64,000 nt of DNA from Eledone cirrhosa. Taxonomy: Eukaryota. The stretch is taken from contig OZ024741.1 in NCBI GenBank assembly GCA_964016885.1, positions 328,290,001 through 328,354,000 of the forward strand, given 5' to 3'. Below, one piece after another: positions 31,596-46,122 of the stretch (its first letter is position 1; each line of letters starts with the position of its first letter). The notes below the pieces were generated by a model that saw nothing but the letters and a program-made list of their open reading frames with translations, searched no databases and was not told the origin of the DNA. A program made the translations under genes and the position numbers.

Positions 31596-31648
<53 letters not shown>

Positions 31649-31681
31649 CATTTATATATATATATACACACACATATATAT

Positions 31682-31797
<116 letters not shown>

Positions 31798-31857
31798 TCA
31801 TATATCAAATATGATATTTGCATATATACATATATATATGCATATAAATATATATTC

Positions 31858-31940
<83 letters not shown>

Positions 31941-34462
31941 TGTATGTATGTATGTATATACACAGAAGCTTAAGTAAGTACTTACTATTTAAACCTGCTG
32001 GGATTTCAATTCAAAACATAAATTGATGTAATTATATACTACAAGTGTTCTTGCTCCAAGCTATACCGTTGTACCATTTGGCAATTCAACACCTACTAAT
32101 GTTTTAATAATAAACCAGTTTCATTGCTATTTATGATGGCGTCTGACTTAGTGTTTACGGTTTACGCCTCAGGATTGTATTGTCGAGCGTTCGATTTCGG
32201 TCTGTTCCAGTTTGCTTAGCCTTCAAAAATGATGTGTATTATACATGAAATTTCAAGAAACCAACCAGCGTTCTCACACGGTGTGTCAAATTGAATCTTC
32301 TTGATGGGTTCCCTCAAAACGTTCGGAAACAATGGACATCCTAAAACATATTTATACATTTGTAGATTTTCTTATGTGGATGAACTTGTGTTGGCGGACG
32401 TTCTGATGAATAATGCCTTTCCGTATCCGTTCTAGCATGGGTTCAATGTCCCGCCGATATCAGCTTTGCCTTTCCCCTTTCAATGTTGACAAATAACGTA
32501 CCAGTTAAGAATTGAAGGCAAGTGGGTTATGGAATAGAGAATTGAATTCCCAGTCGTGAGGCAGAGAGTTCGATTGCCGGACCGGTTGATGTATTATGTC
32601 TTTCAGCAAGACATTTTATTTCACGATTCTCTTTCTACCAGGCGTTGTGACCGTTAGATACTATAGATACTATCAGTAATGGAAAAACTAAGGAAAACAT
32701 TGTTTCTTTGGTCTGATTTGACTAGCTCCCTCCCACCCGGAAAGTGAATGAGGTTTGGGATCTTGTCGATCGAATTTTCTTTCTTTCCTAGAACTAGAGT
32801 CAATTCTTCAGTCTGATCGTTTTCCCTCTCTCTCTCTCTCTCTCTCTCTGGAGGAAAACGAATGATCTCAGGCCTGGATAGGGTTGTACTCTGTCACTTT
32901 TTAATCTCCAAGACTCTAGATAGAAGGAAATATCATTAATATTATTAGAATTTATAGCTGGTATTTTGGTGTTGTACGACTTTATTTTGTTTTGGTATGT
33001 TTCTGATATGTGTAGTCGAGGTTGGTCTATATGATACAAATTGAATTGTAATTATTGTAATACATTTAAAAATCAAATCTCTTTCTATGTTTCTATATTT
33101 CATTGCATTAAAAGGATTATCACTTTGCCGGAAATACGGAAATGAAGGAGTTGTAATTTTAACAAATCATTATCATACATTAGTTCATTTTATTTATTTT
33201 ATCTTAATGAGTTTTGTTTTATTTGTATTTTTATATATACTCTACTTTTATTTTGTTTTATTTTTATATGATTATTGAAGAAACGATATTGTCTAGAGAT
33301 ATTTAATCAAATGTCATCCGATAGGTTGACGATCGAGCATTTCATTTCGAAGATCACATCCGTTCCACTTTAGATCAAATTATACATCAGCTCAGATTCA
33401 GTGTAATTAAACTGTGCTTTATTATATTTTTTTTTTGTCCCCCAAATTCCTACATTTCACTATATTTCTCACTATCTCTACTTTTAGTTGACACTTTCAA
33501 TAATTTTACTGGCATTCATATTAGAACAGGACTTTGACATGAGATTTTATAGCCTTTTAAACACATGACTGCGTTAGGAACCCCTTGATTAAAAATTGAT
33601 AAATTGAATCCAATAGCGAATTCCTTTTATTTTATTCTTTCTCTCATCATCAGATCGATGTTCAACTTTCCAGTAATCCTTTTTATGCAGTTTAATTATA
33701 ATTCTGTAAATTACATAATATCAAGCATTCAAATAAGAAACGTGATATTTATTATTTATTGTTTTAGATTTGCTAACTCACTGCGTACTGCGTGTGCCAT
33801 TGACAAATTAAAAAAAAAAACCATTTTGAAATGCAACTAATAATAATCGTGTAATGAAAATTGAGCTTCCAAAATTAAAATTATGTACGCTGTACAGCTT
33901 CGTTAAAAAGACGTTATAAGAGGTGGTGCCAAATAGACTATTTGAGCCAGCTAAAGTCTTATAACTTCAATCAGAGGATACTATCCAGGCAGCATTCCCA
34001 GTTCGACACACCTTGTAGAGGTGTTGAGATGATTAGTAGTAAGCAACAGAGAGAACTCCATAACTTCAGCCGATCTAAATCTTCTGGAAGACGTTTAGAA
34101 AAACAATAATCAAAGCAATTTGGTGAATGAAACCGACACGTTTCGATTTTAGTACATCTCATAAAGAAAATAGATTATACAATAATACGGTCAAATAAAT
34201 ATAGGACATTCTATTGACTCAAAATTATAAATTCGAGACTTCGATTCCTGTATTAATCTGTTCTTCATTAAGTCACTTTATTTCCCGTTCTTTCTTATTA
34301 TATGACCAGGTATCCCAACACTAGAACACACAAGATATCTCACATCAGATGCAACGTTATAGGAGATGTAAATCTGCAAATATGGGAGCTGTAATTTTAG
34401 TTTGTCGAGTTTTAAGCTACATGTGACATAATAGTTTTAGAGAAAATTAATGCCTCTCATAA

Positions 34463-34750
34463 TTGTTTCTACGTTAGGCACAAGGCCAGCAAATACCCAG
34501 TGCATTACTGGTACTTTATTTTATCGATCCCGTAAGGATGAAAGGCAAAGTCAACCTCGGCGGGATTTGAACTCAGATTGTAAAGGCTCTTTGCCTCTCT
34601 CTGTGGGAGTCGATTAATAATGGTTTCTACTTTTGGCACAAGGCCAGCAATTACCTCAGTGCATTACTGGTGCTTTATTTTATCGACGCCGTAAGGATGA
34701 GAGGCAAATTTAACCTTGGCCAGATTTGAACTCAGGAGTGTAAAGGGCCA
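34463..34750 (-). mobile_element. Two tandem tRNA-derived SINE copies (B-box + Nin/Deu-like domain + 3' end)
   Basis: Reverse complement: gagttcaaatcccgccgaggttgactttgcctttcatccttacgggatcgataaaataaagtaccagtaatgcactggg...gtagaaacaatt. Further fragments at ~27635-27700, 36403-36510, 47300-47437, 47826-47945 and 51430-51900. Confidence 0.8.
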
Positions 34751-35545
34751 TGTCGATTAATAATGTACCAATCTTATACCAGAATCGACTCTTCTTCCTT
34801 TCTTTCGTATATTCTCCCTTCATCTTCTTCCTCCATATTTCTCTCTCTCATTCTCTTTGAAAGAAATCGGCTGCGGCAGACCTCAGTATGCGTAAAGGCC
34901 GATTTAAGGATACACGGAAGAAATGATGAATAGAGGCATGCCAACAATCGAAATGTTAAAATGTGGCGTATTGCTGGAGATTAGCGCCATATCTCCATCG
35001 AATAATGCAGTGTTGTCCTACAATTTTACCAAAAAAAAACGACAATGGATTTTTAAGCTTTCTATTTAAGGTTTACATCGTCATTTTAAGATGCCGTTTA
35101 TATGTTTTTATTGTTTAGCTAAGCGAGGAAAACCAAACACCATGACACTTTAAAAGGTTTCCAACACGTTAAGGTTCTTCGTCACATCTGACCAAGGAGA
35201 AATCATCGAAGAAGAGAACAGCCAAAACAAAGACAGCTGATATTTCAAAAGAAAAATGTAAGTAATTGTTGAAATGCTTGCCTGCCGATAGTGATTTAAC
35301 GTCAATGATATTTATATATGTATATACGTACGCAAGTACGTAGGTATCTATGTACGTATGTATGCGTGTATGTATGTATATCTGTCTGAATCTATGTATG
35401 AATGTAAATAGGTTGGCAGATAAGTAAATAAATGTGAATACATGCGTTCAATAAATAGATATATATATATATATATGGGTATATATATATATATATATAC
35501 ATACATACGTACATACATACATACATACATACATACATACATACA

Positions 35546-36132
35546 TGGTGGCTGCCAACTCGTTTTCGAGTACGGCCACTACTTTATATCCATATAGGAG
35601 AACCCCTACCGATGCAGTGAACGAGTGTGACCTTTTAGTCCAGCCAGCGACTTGAAAACTCTGGTACAAACACTACACTTGTGACAAATATTGACACATA
35701 GTGCTGGGGCCATGGTACCCTGTGACGACAAGTGCAGAGAGATGTCCAGATATAAAGCAATGCCTGTGCCGTGAAGCTTTTATAGTGAGCAAAGGCACTG
35801 CACAAAGCCAGTACCACTCTCTTAACCAAGATGATATTTACCAAAAAGAAGAACAAGTCAACATCATTGGATACCATCAGAGTTGCAGGTGTTATATCAG
35901 AGTTTTCCTTCTCCTAGAATTCTGCCTTGACAAAGGCTAAGGGGTCATCTCTCCCGGTGATTTTGGATGGCCATTGACTCTTAAGAGCTCCTTTGCCCTT
36001 TGACAGGTCTTGTTTTTAGTCCTGCAGGATGTCCAAAGTCACCCTCCTCACCAAGAAACCTTGGTGGGGTTGCCAGTTTAGTCGCCAACGACCCGACCAT
36101 GGGACAGGTTGTACTGGGATACATGTTACCAG
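35546..36132 (-). mobile_element. RTE-related non-autonomous retroelement, copy 2
   Basis: The minus strand contains ctaggagaaggaaaactctga, a motif typical of RTE-clade 5'UTRs. No ORF. (TACA)n on both sides. Confidence 0.6.
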
Positions 36133-36201
36133 TACATACATACATACATACATACATACATACATACATACATACATACATACATACATACATACATACA
36201 T

Positions 36202-39200
36202 GAAGATAAATATTATTAATTATAAGTCCCCAACAACAAACATCTTATCAACAACACGTGATACAGGTCGCCATGCTACTAGACTTCATAGCAGCCAGGT
36301 CGAACAGCGCCTTGAAACAACTATGCCTGTAAGAAACTCGACACCACTTGTACCATCTAAGTCTACCTCGAATGCTGGGGAAAACACTATAGATAATAAT
36401 AATTGTTTCTAATTTAGGCACAAGGCCAGCAATCACCCAGTGCATTACTGTTACTTTATTTAATCGACCCCGTAAGGATGAAGGGCAAAGTCAACCTCGG
36501 CGGGATTTGAGACACCACGTGAACCATCCGAGTCTACCTCGACTGTTGTGGAAAATACTATCGATAATGATAATCAAAAGTATAAACAATTGAAAATTTC
36601 CCACAACGAAATCTTCCAGAGAGAAATTAACTCATGTATAAATATCTCTCCTGCTGAACGTGTTAAAACGACAATGTTGAATGAAAAAAAAAAAAAATAA
36701 TGAGATACTACGTGTTATTGACGAAATAGGGGATGAATATTTACGACGGATAAAAACCCCAACATTTTGGAAAATCAACGCCTGTTTATATGCCTTAGCA
36801 ATGACAGTGAAGCATTATCTTGGGGATAGTAGAGATATTAACGAGAACAAAACACCACCAAAAATACCATCATATATAACTAAAATATAAAAAAACGATT
36901 GCTGACCTACGAAAAAACATAGGATATGTGACAATGATACTTACATGCAAACAAAGACAAAAAAACTCACTCTTCACCAACAAAGAGTGAATAATAAAAT
37001 AGAGACGATGTTTGGTAACAGTAGAACCAGAACTCTCCAATATAAGCTGATCACCTTCAAACAAGAATTGAGAGCTGTTAGCGAAAAACGCCGATACCTG
37101 AAGAAAGTAGATGAGAGAAAAGTGCTTAATAAAAGATTCAGATGAAACCAAACATCAGTCTATAGAGATATGAAGGGCAAAATAATAAGTATCACTGAGG
37201 CCCCATCCCAGTAAGACATAGATTCCTTTTGGAGCAAAATATGGGGTGAAAAGAAGAATTCCAACCAAGATGCAGTGTGGCTGAGAGAAATCCAAAAGAA
37301 CTATTGCTCCTACACTACAACAAAAACATACGAAATAAGTGAGGGTACCCTTGAGACTGTGATAGGAAAACTCCAAGATAAGAAAACACCAGGAAGAGAC
37401 ATGATTGTCGGCTACTGGTACAGAAAACTGATATTCTATCGGAGGTATCTTACTGACATCTACCAACAAGTTCTTAAGGGAGATACACTTATACTAGAAT
37501 GGTTGACATTAGCACAAACATTACTGGTCACCAAGAACAAAGACACCCACTTGGCAAAAAACTACCGACCCATTGCATGCCAGAACCTGATGTATAAGAT
37601 GTATACAGACTGCCTGAACCTATTCCTCCAAGATTACTGTGAAAATAATAACATCATCACAGATGAACAAGCAGCTGGAATGAAAGGGGCTTGGGGATGT
37701 GCTGAACAACTCCTAATCAACAAAACTGCGATGTCGCAGGTACGAAAACTTACGAGGAATATGACTACAGTCTGGCTGGACTAGAGTAAAGCTTTCGATT
37801 CTGTTCCCCACACTTGGATGATAGAGGCCCTCCAACTTGCTAAAGTCCCAGACATTATTGTCAGAGCCATAGAGAGGCTGTCTTCTTCTTGGGCTAATAT
37901 CCTAAGGTTAAAGACAGAGAGGGAGGACTCTATTTTCACTGATAACATAAAATATTGCAGAGGTATATTTCAGGGGGACAGTCTCTCTGTGATATTATTC
38001 ATCTTGTCATTAAACCCCTTGTCCTTTCTGCTCAATAAATGTGAGGGATACATTATTGGCTCACAGGAGGACAGAAATACGAACCTAACCCATAATTTCT
38101 TTGTGGACGATCTGAAACTATATGCCAAGAACATGGATGGAATGAAGAAAAATCTTGACCTGGTTACAACGTTCCCAAAGGATATAGGAATGGAGTTTGG
38201 CCAAGATAAATGGTCATACATGACTGTAAAGCGGGGAAAAATAACAACCCAATCTAGCAACATTGTCATCAATGGTCTAACTGTTTCACCGATATCTGAT
38301 GAGGACTGCTACAGATACCTGGGGATAGATGAGAACATATCCTATAATGGTATCTGTAATAAAGAACGCGTAACTAGGGAATACTACATCCGATTAAGAA
38401 AGATCTGGTCATCGGAACTCTCTGCGCATAACAAAACAGTGGCTCACAATGTGTTTGCTGTTTCTGTCCTAACACAAACTTTTAAAACACTCAATTGGAC
38501 GATAGACGAAATCCGAGCAGTTAATGTTGGAACTAAAAAGATACTGAACACCATCGGAAACTTCCACATCAACAGTGACATAGACCGCCTTTACTGGAGA
38601 CGTAAGCAGGGAGGCAGAGGCCTAACATCAGTCCAGACAACATTTGAATGTCGCATCATATCTCTCCGACAACATCTACGAACCTCGAAGCGTAGGAGCC
38701 CGTTTGTCGAGCAAGTCTATCTTCATGAAACAGATAAGATCATGAGAGTTGGGAAGGAACTCCTTGAGAGATATTCCCTGTGTGATAATCAAAATCTCAC
38801 ACCCAGGGATGTCGCTCAACAGTATCGCAGTGTATCCATGGATGAAAAACTGCATGCCTATCAGCAAAAAATCATGCATGGATATGTTGCCAGGAAGCTC
38901 CAGAGTGAGAATAATATAGAAAAGGAAATTATCTATCTTGTACCAACTACCGCTATATTGGCTCCTACTTTGAAGGATACGCTTTTGCAATCAAGGAACA
39001 GGAGATTAGCACGAAATACCTGATTCACAAAGGAGATAGGGATGCAGGCAAAACACCTCGATGTGATAACAAGTGCAGACTCTGCAGAACTAAGATCGAG
39101 GATATCACCCATGCGGTACTATCTACCTATGAGGCATGATGTAGTGGCCAAAACACTCTACAATGCACTTCGTAAAAAAGATAGCCCCGATAATATACAC

Positions 39201-39812
39201 ATTAAAAGCTACAACAATGTGGAAGACATCCATGTACATAATATGAAAGAGTACGGGTGGAATGTTCCAGTAAAAACCCCAATAAAATGCAGGCATAACA
39301 GACCAGATATTATGATATGGGACAGGGAGAAGAAAACATGCACAGTAGTGGAAATTAGCTGCCCAGCAGATGCCAAAATAATATCAAAGATTAGTGAAAA
39401 GGAGAATATTTATGCAGAACTGATGAGAAATCTGCAGACACTCCACTCTGATTACACCTTCAGATTTATGCCTGTGATTATTGGGGCACTGGTATATGTT
39501 AGTAACCTCAATACAAATCACAGGAACAGAAAGAACACTAGTTAGGAAATTACAAGTGCAATCCATTAATGGAACAGTAAAAATATGTAAAACATTCCAA
39601 AAATGTTACATCTAATAACTGCATATACACATGTACAGATATAAAGCATATACACATGCACACGTACAACTCAAAATATACACATCCACACATACAATAA
39701 CATCCATATCTACACATGCATGCATATATACATATCTACCCAGTTGATGTTGTGTAATTTCCAATGTGAGAGTCTTGTGTCTATGTTAGAAACCCACTCT
39801 CTCTCTATTGGT
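36202..39812 (+). mobile_element. R4/Dong family A copy 2 (5'-truncated, SINE inserted at 36403-36510)
   Basis: Highly similar to 2895-6440. ORF pieces 37275-37784, 37818-39023 (GIFQGDSLS, FFVDDLKL, YRYLG) and 39042-39545 (RHD, NRPDIMIWD). Confidence 0.92.
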
Positions 39813-40103
39813 GGCTGCCAACTCGTTTTCGAGTACGGCCACTACTTATATCGATGTAGGCGAACTCCTACCGATGCGCTGAACGAGTGTGACTTTTTAG
39901 TCCGGCCAGCGACTTAAAAACTCTGGTACAAACACTACACTTGTGACAATTACTGACACATAGTGCTGGGCCCATGGTACCATGTGACGACAAGTACAGA
40001 GAGATCCCCAGATATAAAGCAATGCCTGTGCCGTGAAGCTTTTATAGTGAGCAAAGGCACTGAACAAAGCCAGTCCCACTCTCTTGACCAAGATGATATT
40101 TAC
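39810..40103 (-). mobile_element. RTE-related non-autonomous retroelement, copy 3 (3' part)
   Basis: Homologous to 35546-35842. Abuts (TACA)n at 40104-40160. Confidence 0.6.
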
Positions 40104-40608
40104 CATACATACATACATACATACATACATACATACATACATACATACATACATACATACAAGCATACTTACATATTTGAATTTTCTAAATTTAATTAAC
40201 GAGGGTAACTCCCATTCGGTGATTTTCCCATACGTGCATAATTATTATCCGATATAATGTTTATAAATATGATCAACGACCGATAACAAGAAATATTTAT
40301 AGCTATAATATTGCTATAATTATAGATTTATATGTGCCACTCTACAAAGCTGAATTTTCTGATCTAGTAGCAACAAAGTAATTAAAATTCTAAGTGTCTT
40401 CACATTTTAATATTTCATACATATTTCAACGAAATAGAAAAAAATAATAACGCAAATATTAGCTGGCTGGAGGGAAATACGCCACCGATATACAGCCATC
40501 CTTAAGGCAAATTCATCGATGTTTGCTCTCTCAGATACTCTCATTTTGTTCATAAGCCCGAAAAATATAAATTAAAGACAAGTTTTGAATATTATATATA
40601 TGTATGTA

Positions 40609-40741
<133 letters not shown>

Positions 40742-41454
40742 GTGTGTATGTGTGTCTGTGTGAGTGTGGGACAAGAAGAAATAAATAAATAAAATAAAAA
40801 TGTCATAGGCATTATAATATAACGCAAGCAAACATAATAGTACCACTCATGACGTCGCAGATGTGTGACGAAAGAACTTTGTTAGACTATATATATTTCT
40901 ATCTGTATTTTTAACCGTTGGTCACTCAATGATATGCATTGATTGCCAAATAAATTAACTATGGAAATATAAAAGATACAGAAGCGAAACTGTGAGTGTG
41001 TTATCTTATTGTTTCTGGCAATATTATAACAATATGACCCTCCCCTATATATATAGGTTCGATTAAAACAACAGGAGGCCAGACTGGTGATAATCCTTTA
41101 ATGTTTTATTGTTTCAAAAGCACTATGTATATTATATATATATATTTCAATGCCCTAGTTACGTAAGATCCTGTCGCCACCAACAGGTTATGATTGCGTA
41201 ATTATTTTATCAATAAAGGAATTATGGCACCACAAACAGAAAAGATATATGATTCGCGGTCTGTCATTTAGGTGTTATCCTTGTTGCAGATGGAACTGGA
41301 CACCGGCACAAAAACTTGAGAACGATCTCATCTTAATTTCAAAGAAGTCTTTAGGAGGGAGATGAAGTCAACAGATCTGTAACAATGATTTAATTTAAAT
41401 TTAGCGTTTAAATTGTACACAAACTTTAGTAATGCAGTTTGTTGATCCTATTGG

Positions 41455-41582
41455 TGTCGCTTGGGGATCCAGCCGGATCAATTGAAGACAATTGATTGTG
41501 ACAGGCTTCGTTCGAAGGAGTGCTTGAGGACACTTCTTCAACAACCCTCGCAGGAATAAGCAGACAAAGAAGAAATATTATT
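41455..41582 (+). mobile_element. LINE (RTE-like) 3'-end remnant; homolog at 47575-47710
   Basis: Shared ggatccagc.ggatca.tt....gaaggagtg.ttgagga....accctc.cag.aataa...aagaaga.atatt. Confidence 0.5.
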
Positions 41583-41589
41583 TCCAGGA

Positions 41590-42247
41590 CGACGAAACTG
41601 TCCTACACGCTGTCGGCCAGTGTCCTACTATTTCTGACTTATGGGTTTATGTCGAATACATGCTGTCAGGTGTAGGACAAATTCGGTTATCAACCGAGTC
41701 CATTGTGAAGATTGTCCCGCCGACTTCTTTTAGTTAAGTAGGGCAGGCTGTGTTTATGTTTTGTGGCTATGGTTAAAGAGGTTTATGGTTGACGCACTTG
41801 AAAGGTTTGAAGACGAGTACTTTACTTTTTGGAGAAGCACTGATTAACCTCTTGAGATTCCACTTAAGGAGGAACATAAGGATAGAGATAGAAGTGCTGC
41901 CTTCAAAGCAATTTGGTAAAAGGTGAGTAAAAGAGGCGAACATAGCCCGAGTGAATGGGGCCGCTCTTAGTGTGACCTGATAGATTGGAGGAGTACAACT
42001 TAGACAGGGCACTTACTCTATATATCAGAGCATCCGTGTTTCTATGGGAATTTTTCCAGAAATGACCATCGAAAGTCTCCTCCCTATTGAGGAACCTTCT
42101 TTGTTTTAATTTTCTTGTTAGTTTTTTTCAACATTGTTAAAATTGTTTACACGGGCACACACACACATACACACATTTTATGCTTTCGTCCTGTACTGTA
42201 ACATTGTTTTTCTTGATGTGGACCCTTTGTGGGTAATAAAGAAATCA
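41590..42247 (+). mobile_element. L1/Tx1-type LINE 3' fragment
   Basis: Translates DETVLHAVGQCPTISDLW (zinc-knuckle tail) ...KEVLW...RIEIEVLPSKQFGKR. Ends with AATAAA then (TTA)n. Confidence 0.55.
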
Positions 42248-42297
42248 TTATTATTATTATTATTATTATTACTATTATTATTATTATTATCATTATT

Positions 42298-45200
42298 CTT
42301 TGAGTCTCAGTCATTGATGTTATTTAACTGGAAAGTTTGTTGAATGAATATCAAGCCGCTACCTGCAGCCTCAGATATGCAGGACGTATCAGAGGATTCT
42401 TGCTGTTCCCAGCAAGCATGCCTTTTGAAGTGTTCCAAAAAGCGGGGCTGGACTAATCTTCTTTAACCATCCTTGGAAACTCTTTGAGATAGTCCCTAGT
42501 GCGCCTATGACAATCGGGATCACTTTGACTTCATGGCAGTTCCAAATCCTTTTCACCTCCCACTTTAAGTCCTGGTATTGGTTAATTTTCTCCCTCTCCT
42601 TTTCTTGCACTCTCGTGTCAAATGGGCAGGCTACATCCACAATCAGGCACGATCTTTTTTCCTTGTCCAAAACCACCAGGTCAGGCCTATTGTGTTCTAA
42701 CTTCTTGTCCGTCTGTATCCTAAAATCCCATAGCACCTTCACCTGATCGTTTTCTATCACCGACTAGGCTTATGCTCATACCACTTCTCAGAATGTGGTA
42801 AATTGTTTACTTTGCATAGGTGCCAGTGGATCACCCTGCCCATCATATCATGTCTCCGGCCTTTGTAGTGAGTCTGGGCTAGGTGTTTACACTCGGTTAC
42901 AATCTGAGCCACAGTCTCCTCTTTCTCTCCACAGATCCTACACAGTGGGCTAGCCTCCTACTTGTAAATATGGTGTTTCATCCACTTCGTTCTGAGGGCC
43001 TGCTATTGCGCAACTATTAGCATTCCTTCTGTAGCCTGTTTAAGGTCTCCTCATTTTAATCAGTTCCATGGTAAATCAGGCACGATCTTTTTTCCTTGTC
43101 CCAAACCACCAGATCAGGCTTAGTGTATTCTAATTTCTTGTCCGTCTGTATCCTAATATCCCATAGCACCTTCACCTGATCGTTTTCTATCACCGACTCT
43201 GGCTTATGTTCATACCACTTCTCAGAATGTGGTAAATTGTTTACTTTGCATAGCTAGCAGTGGATCACCCTTTAAATTGAGTCTGGGCTAGTTATTTACA
43301 CTCGGATACAATGTGTGCCACAATCTCCTCTCTCTCCCCACAGATCCTCCACAGAGAGATGGCCTCCTCCTTGTAAATATGGTGTTTCACCCACTTCGTT
43401 CTGAGGGGCTGCTCTTGCGCAGCCATTAGCATTCGTTCTGCAGCCTTTTTAAGGTCTCCTCTTTTTAACCAGTTCCATATCTGTGGATCTCTAAATACAG
43501 TTTTCTCAAAGAAGGTACTGTGAAGGGATTTTTCATGAAGGTTGCACTTCCTCCTTGCTGTAATTTCCTCCTTGGACATCCCCTGGTGTATTGTCCTCTC
43601 CTTCAGTACAATTCTGAGCATTGGCTATTGTGGACATCACTCCACTTGTAGAACATGATGTAGATAGTCAATAGCTTCCTAGTCTTCCTATCCATTTATT
43701 TTTGTTCAGCAACATTCCATTTCAGAATTCTCGCACTAAAAATAGACACAACTCTGGAATTCCCTGCACTTATGACATTCCTACTATTTAGATGTGATTT
43801 TAATACGCTCCTTACTCTCCGAATGTACTCAGATCTTATCAATTCCTTCATTTTTTTTGTTCTTGATATCATCTGACTCCAGAACACCTAAATATTTGTA
43901 TCCTTCTTCAGTGTCAATTTCCTTTATCATCTCACCTGTTGCTACCTGAATTTTACCCTCTTCATCACTAGGACTCCCACAATTATTAATACCAAATTGC
44001 ATACATATATCATTGCTGAAAATACGGACAGTGTCAACAAGTACATCCAACTCCTTCTCACTCTTCCCAAAGAGTTTAAGATTGTCCATGAAGAGGAGGT
44101 GATTGATGGTAAGCTCTCCTTTTCCCAACGTGTATCCTTCTCTCACTTTTCGCAATATAATGGTCATGGGTATCAGGGCACCCGATGTTAACTCTAGTCC
44201 GAGGACTTCAGACTTTTGCTCAACAACTGTCTGATGTTATCTGCCACCTTGAAGATCTCTAGACTTTTGGTTATCCAAGAATGAGGTACCATGTCGAATG
44301 CCTTTTTGTAATCTATCCATCCCATGGCAAGACCAGTGTTTCTCCTCTTGCAATTCCTCATTACCATCTTATCAATAAGTAACTGGTCCTTTGTACCACG
44401 GAACTTCTTTAGGCATCCTTTCTATTCGTCCGGTAACAAGTTGTTTGTGTGAAGGTGATGGTAGATTTCCTCAAACATAATGCTTGTCAACAGTTTCCAC
44501 ATTACGGACAGACATGTGATAGGTCTATAGTTGGGAACATCATTACCCTTGATTCGGTATTTCATTACCAGAACTGTGTTACCTTTTGTCAACCACTCTG
44601 GTACGTCACACGACATCAAGCAGTCATTAAACATGGTTGTCAGTTTCGGGTGGAGGGATGTTATATGTTTTATCCAATACCCCTGCACACCATCTGGGCT
44701 TGGTGATTTCCATTTGGTTAGTTTTTTGGCCTGCCCTTTAAGAGTTTCAACTGTGATACTCAAATCATTTTGTTGGTGTGCTTGTTCACTAATCTCCTTT
44801 TGTACTGTCTCAATCCACACTGCCTGATCATTATGTTCAACATCCTGCTCCCATATTCCTCTCCAGAATGTGTTAGTTTGTTCCGCCTTAGGGATCAAGT
44901 CGTTGCCTCTTTCTGTCCCTTCAAGCTGTCCAAACAACATCTTCTGGTTGTTGTCAAACAAGCGGTTCTGTCTATACTGACTGACTATGCTCCCATACCG
45001 CCGAATAGTTGCACTCTTTGCTACAATGCGTGGTTTCAGTTCCTCTATGATGATATTTAGCTTTTTCCTCCTAGTTTTGTACTTTATTTCCAGTCTATTT
45101 TTAGTGTCTATGTTTTGTAGTGTCCCATTCAGTAGGGACTCAAGCTTTCCAATGTCATTTCTCATGTCCTTGATTTGACTATTCAGTCGCTTCTTCAACC

Positions 45201-46122
45201 ATGTTTCTGATCTTTCTTGTTTGTTGTTTCCTCTCGTTTTTATGCCAAGTAATTTCCTCACCGCATTTGCTGTTGCCTTGAGGATATTGTTGCATTGGTG
45301 AAGATTCCTCGCCTCAAGGTATGGGATGACTTTGTTAACCTTAGCTCTTGTTTCTTTTAACTTTTTCCTGTCTACAAATCTTAGGTTCATAGGTTTCCCA
45401 CTATCATCGTTCATTTCATCTACCACTAAGTTTAGGATATCAACCAAATCTTGTCCTAGCCCGTCAGCATTCATTTTCACAATGGCCGTATCTTTGTTCC
45501 AGATGTTATTTATTTCAGCATTCATATCATTGTCTGCTTCGGAAGTTTCCTCCGTTCTCTCAACCTCTTCACATTCATTTCCCACTGGCTCGTTTGCCTG
45601 GCATGCTCCACTCTCCATTTCTAACCTAATCTTTCTGCTTTGTTCCTCCAGTTCCAACTCGCTTATCAATCCATTAGTTCTTATTACCCGAGCCTGCCCG
45701 GCCAATTTTTGTTCATCTAATTTAAATAGTCCAATCTCGTTCCAGATGGTATGCATCCGTTTCTTATAGCCTTTTTCCTTGGGGTTACTCTTCAGGTAAC
45801 ATTGCATGACAGTTCTATTCAATTCTTTCGTCCAGTTGGTTCTTGTCCCTTTCCTTCTTCTTCTTCTTCCTCCAACATTAGCAGTATTTGGATGACAGCC
45901 AGGTCCCTGCTGCTGGGCCAGGGGGCACTTGCTGGGGGAGAGTGTGTCACATGGCATTCCAGTCTCCTCTTCACCGTTTTTCGAACTGTTTAGGTTCGAC
46001 ATTTAAACACTCATATCGAGGATTGGTGAATCTATGGTTACATAACCACCGGTGATTTCATCACCCCCAGTAATTTCATCACCCCCGGTGATTTTAGCGT
46101 GGTACCATCACGCTGTAGACGA
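42298..46122 (-). mobile_element. R4/Dong family B, near full length, decayed
   Basis: ORF 46002-44422 (WTKELN..VMQCY...GYKKRM..IW; SPSPDGVQ; NYRPITCL), DYKKAFD, NHLLFMDNLKL, YKYLG, RLE NRPDLVVLD..DVACPFD, GALGT. The 3' end runs into (TAA)n at 42248-42297. Confidence 0.92.

Noticed and set aside
41290-41378. Coding exon after ttgttgcag acceptor
   Set aside because: Stops in all frames and weak donor.
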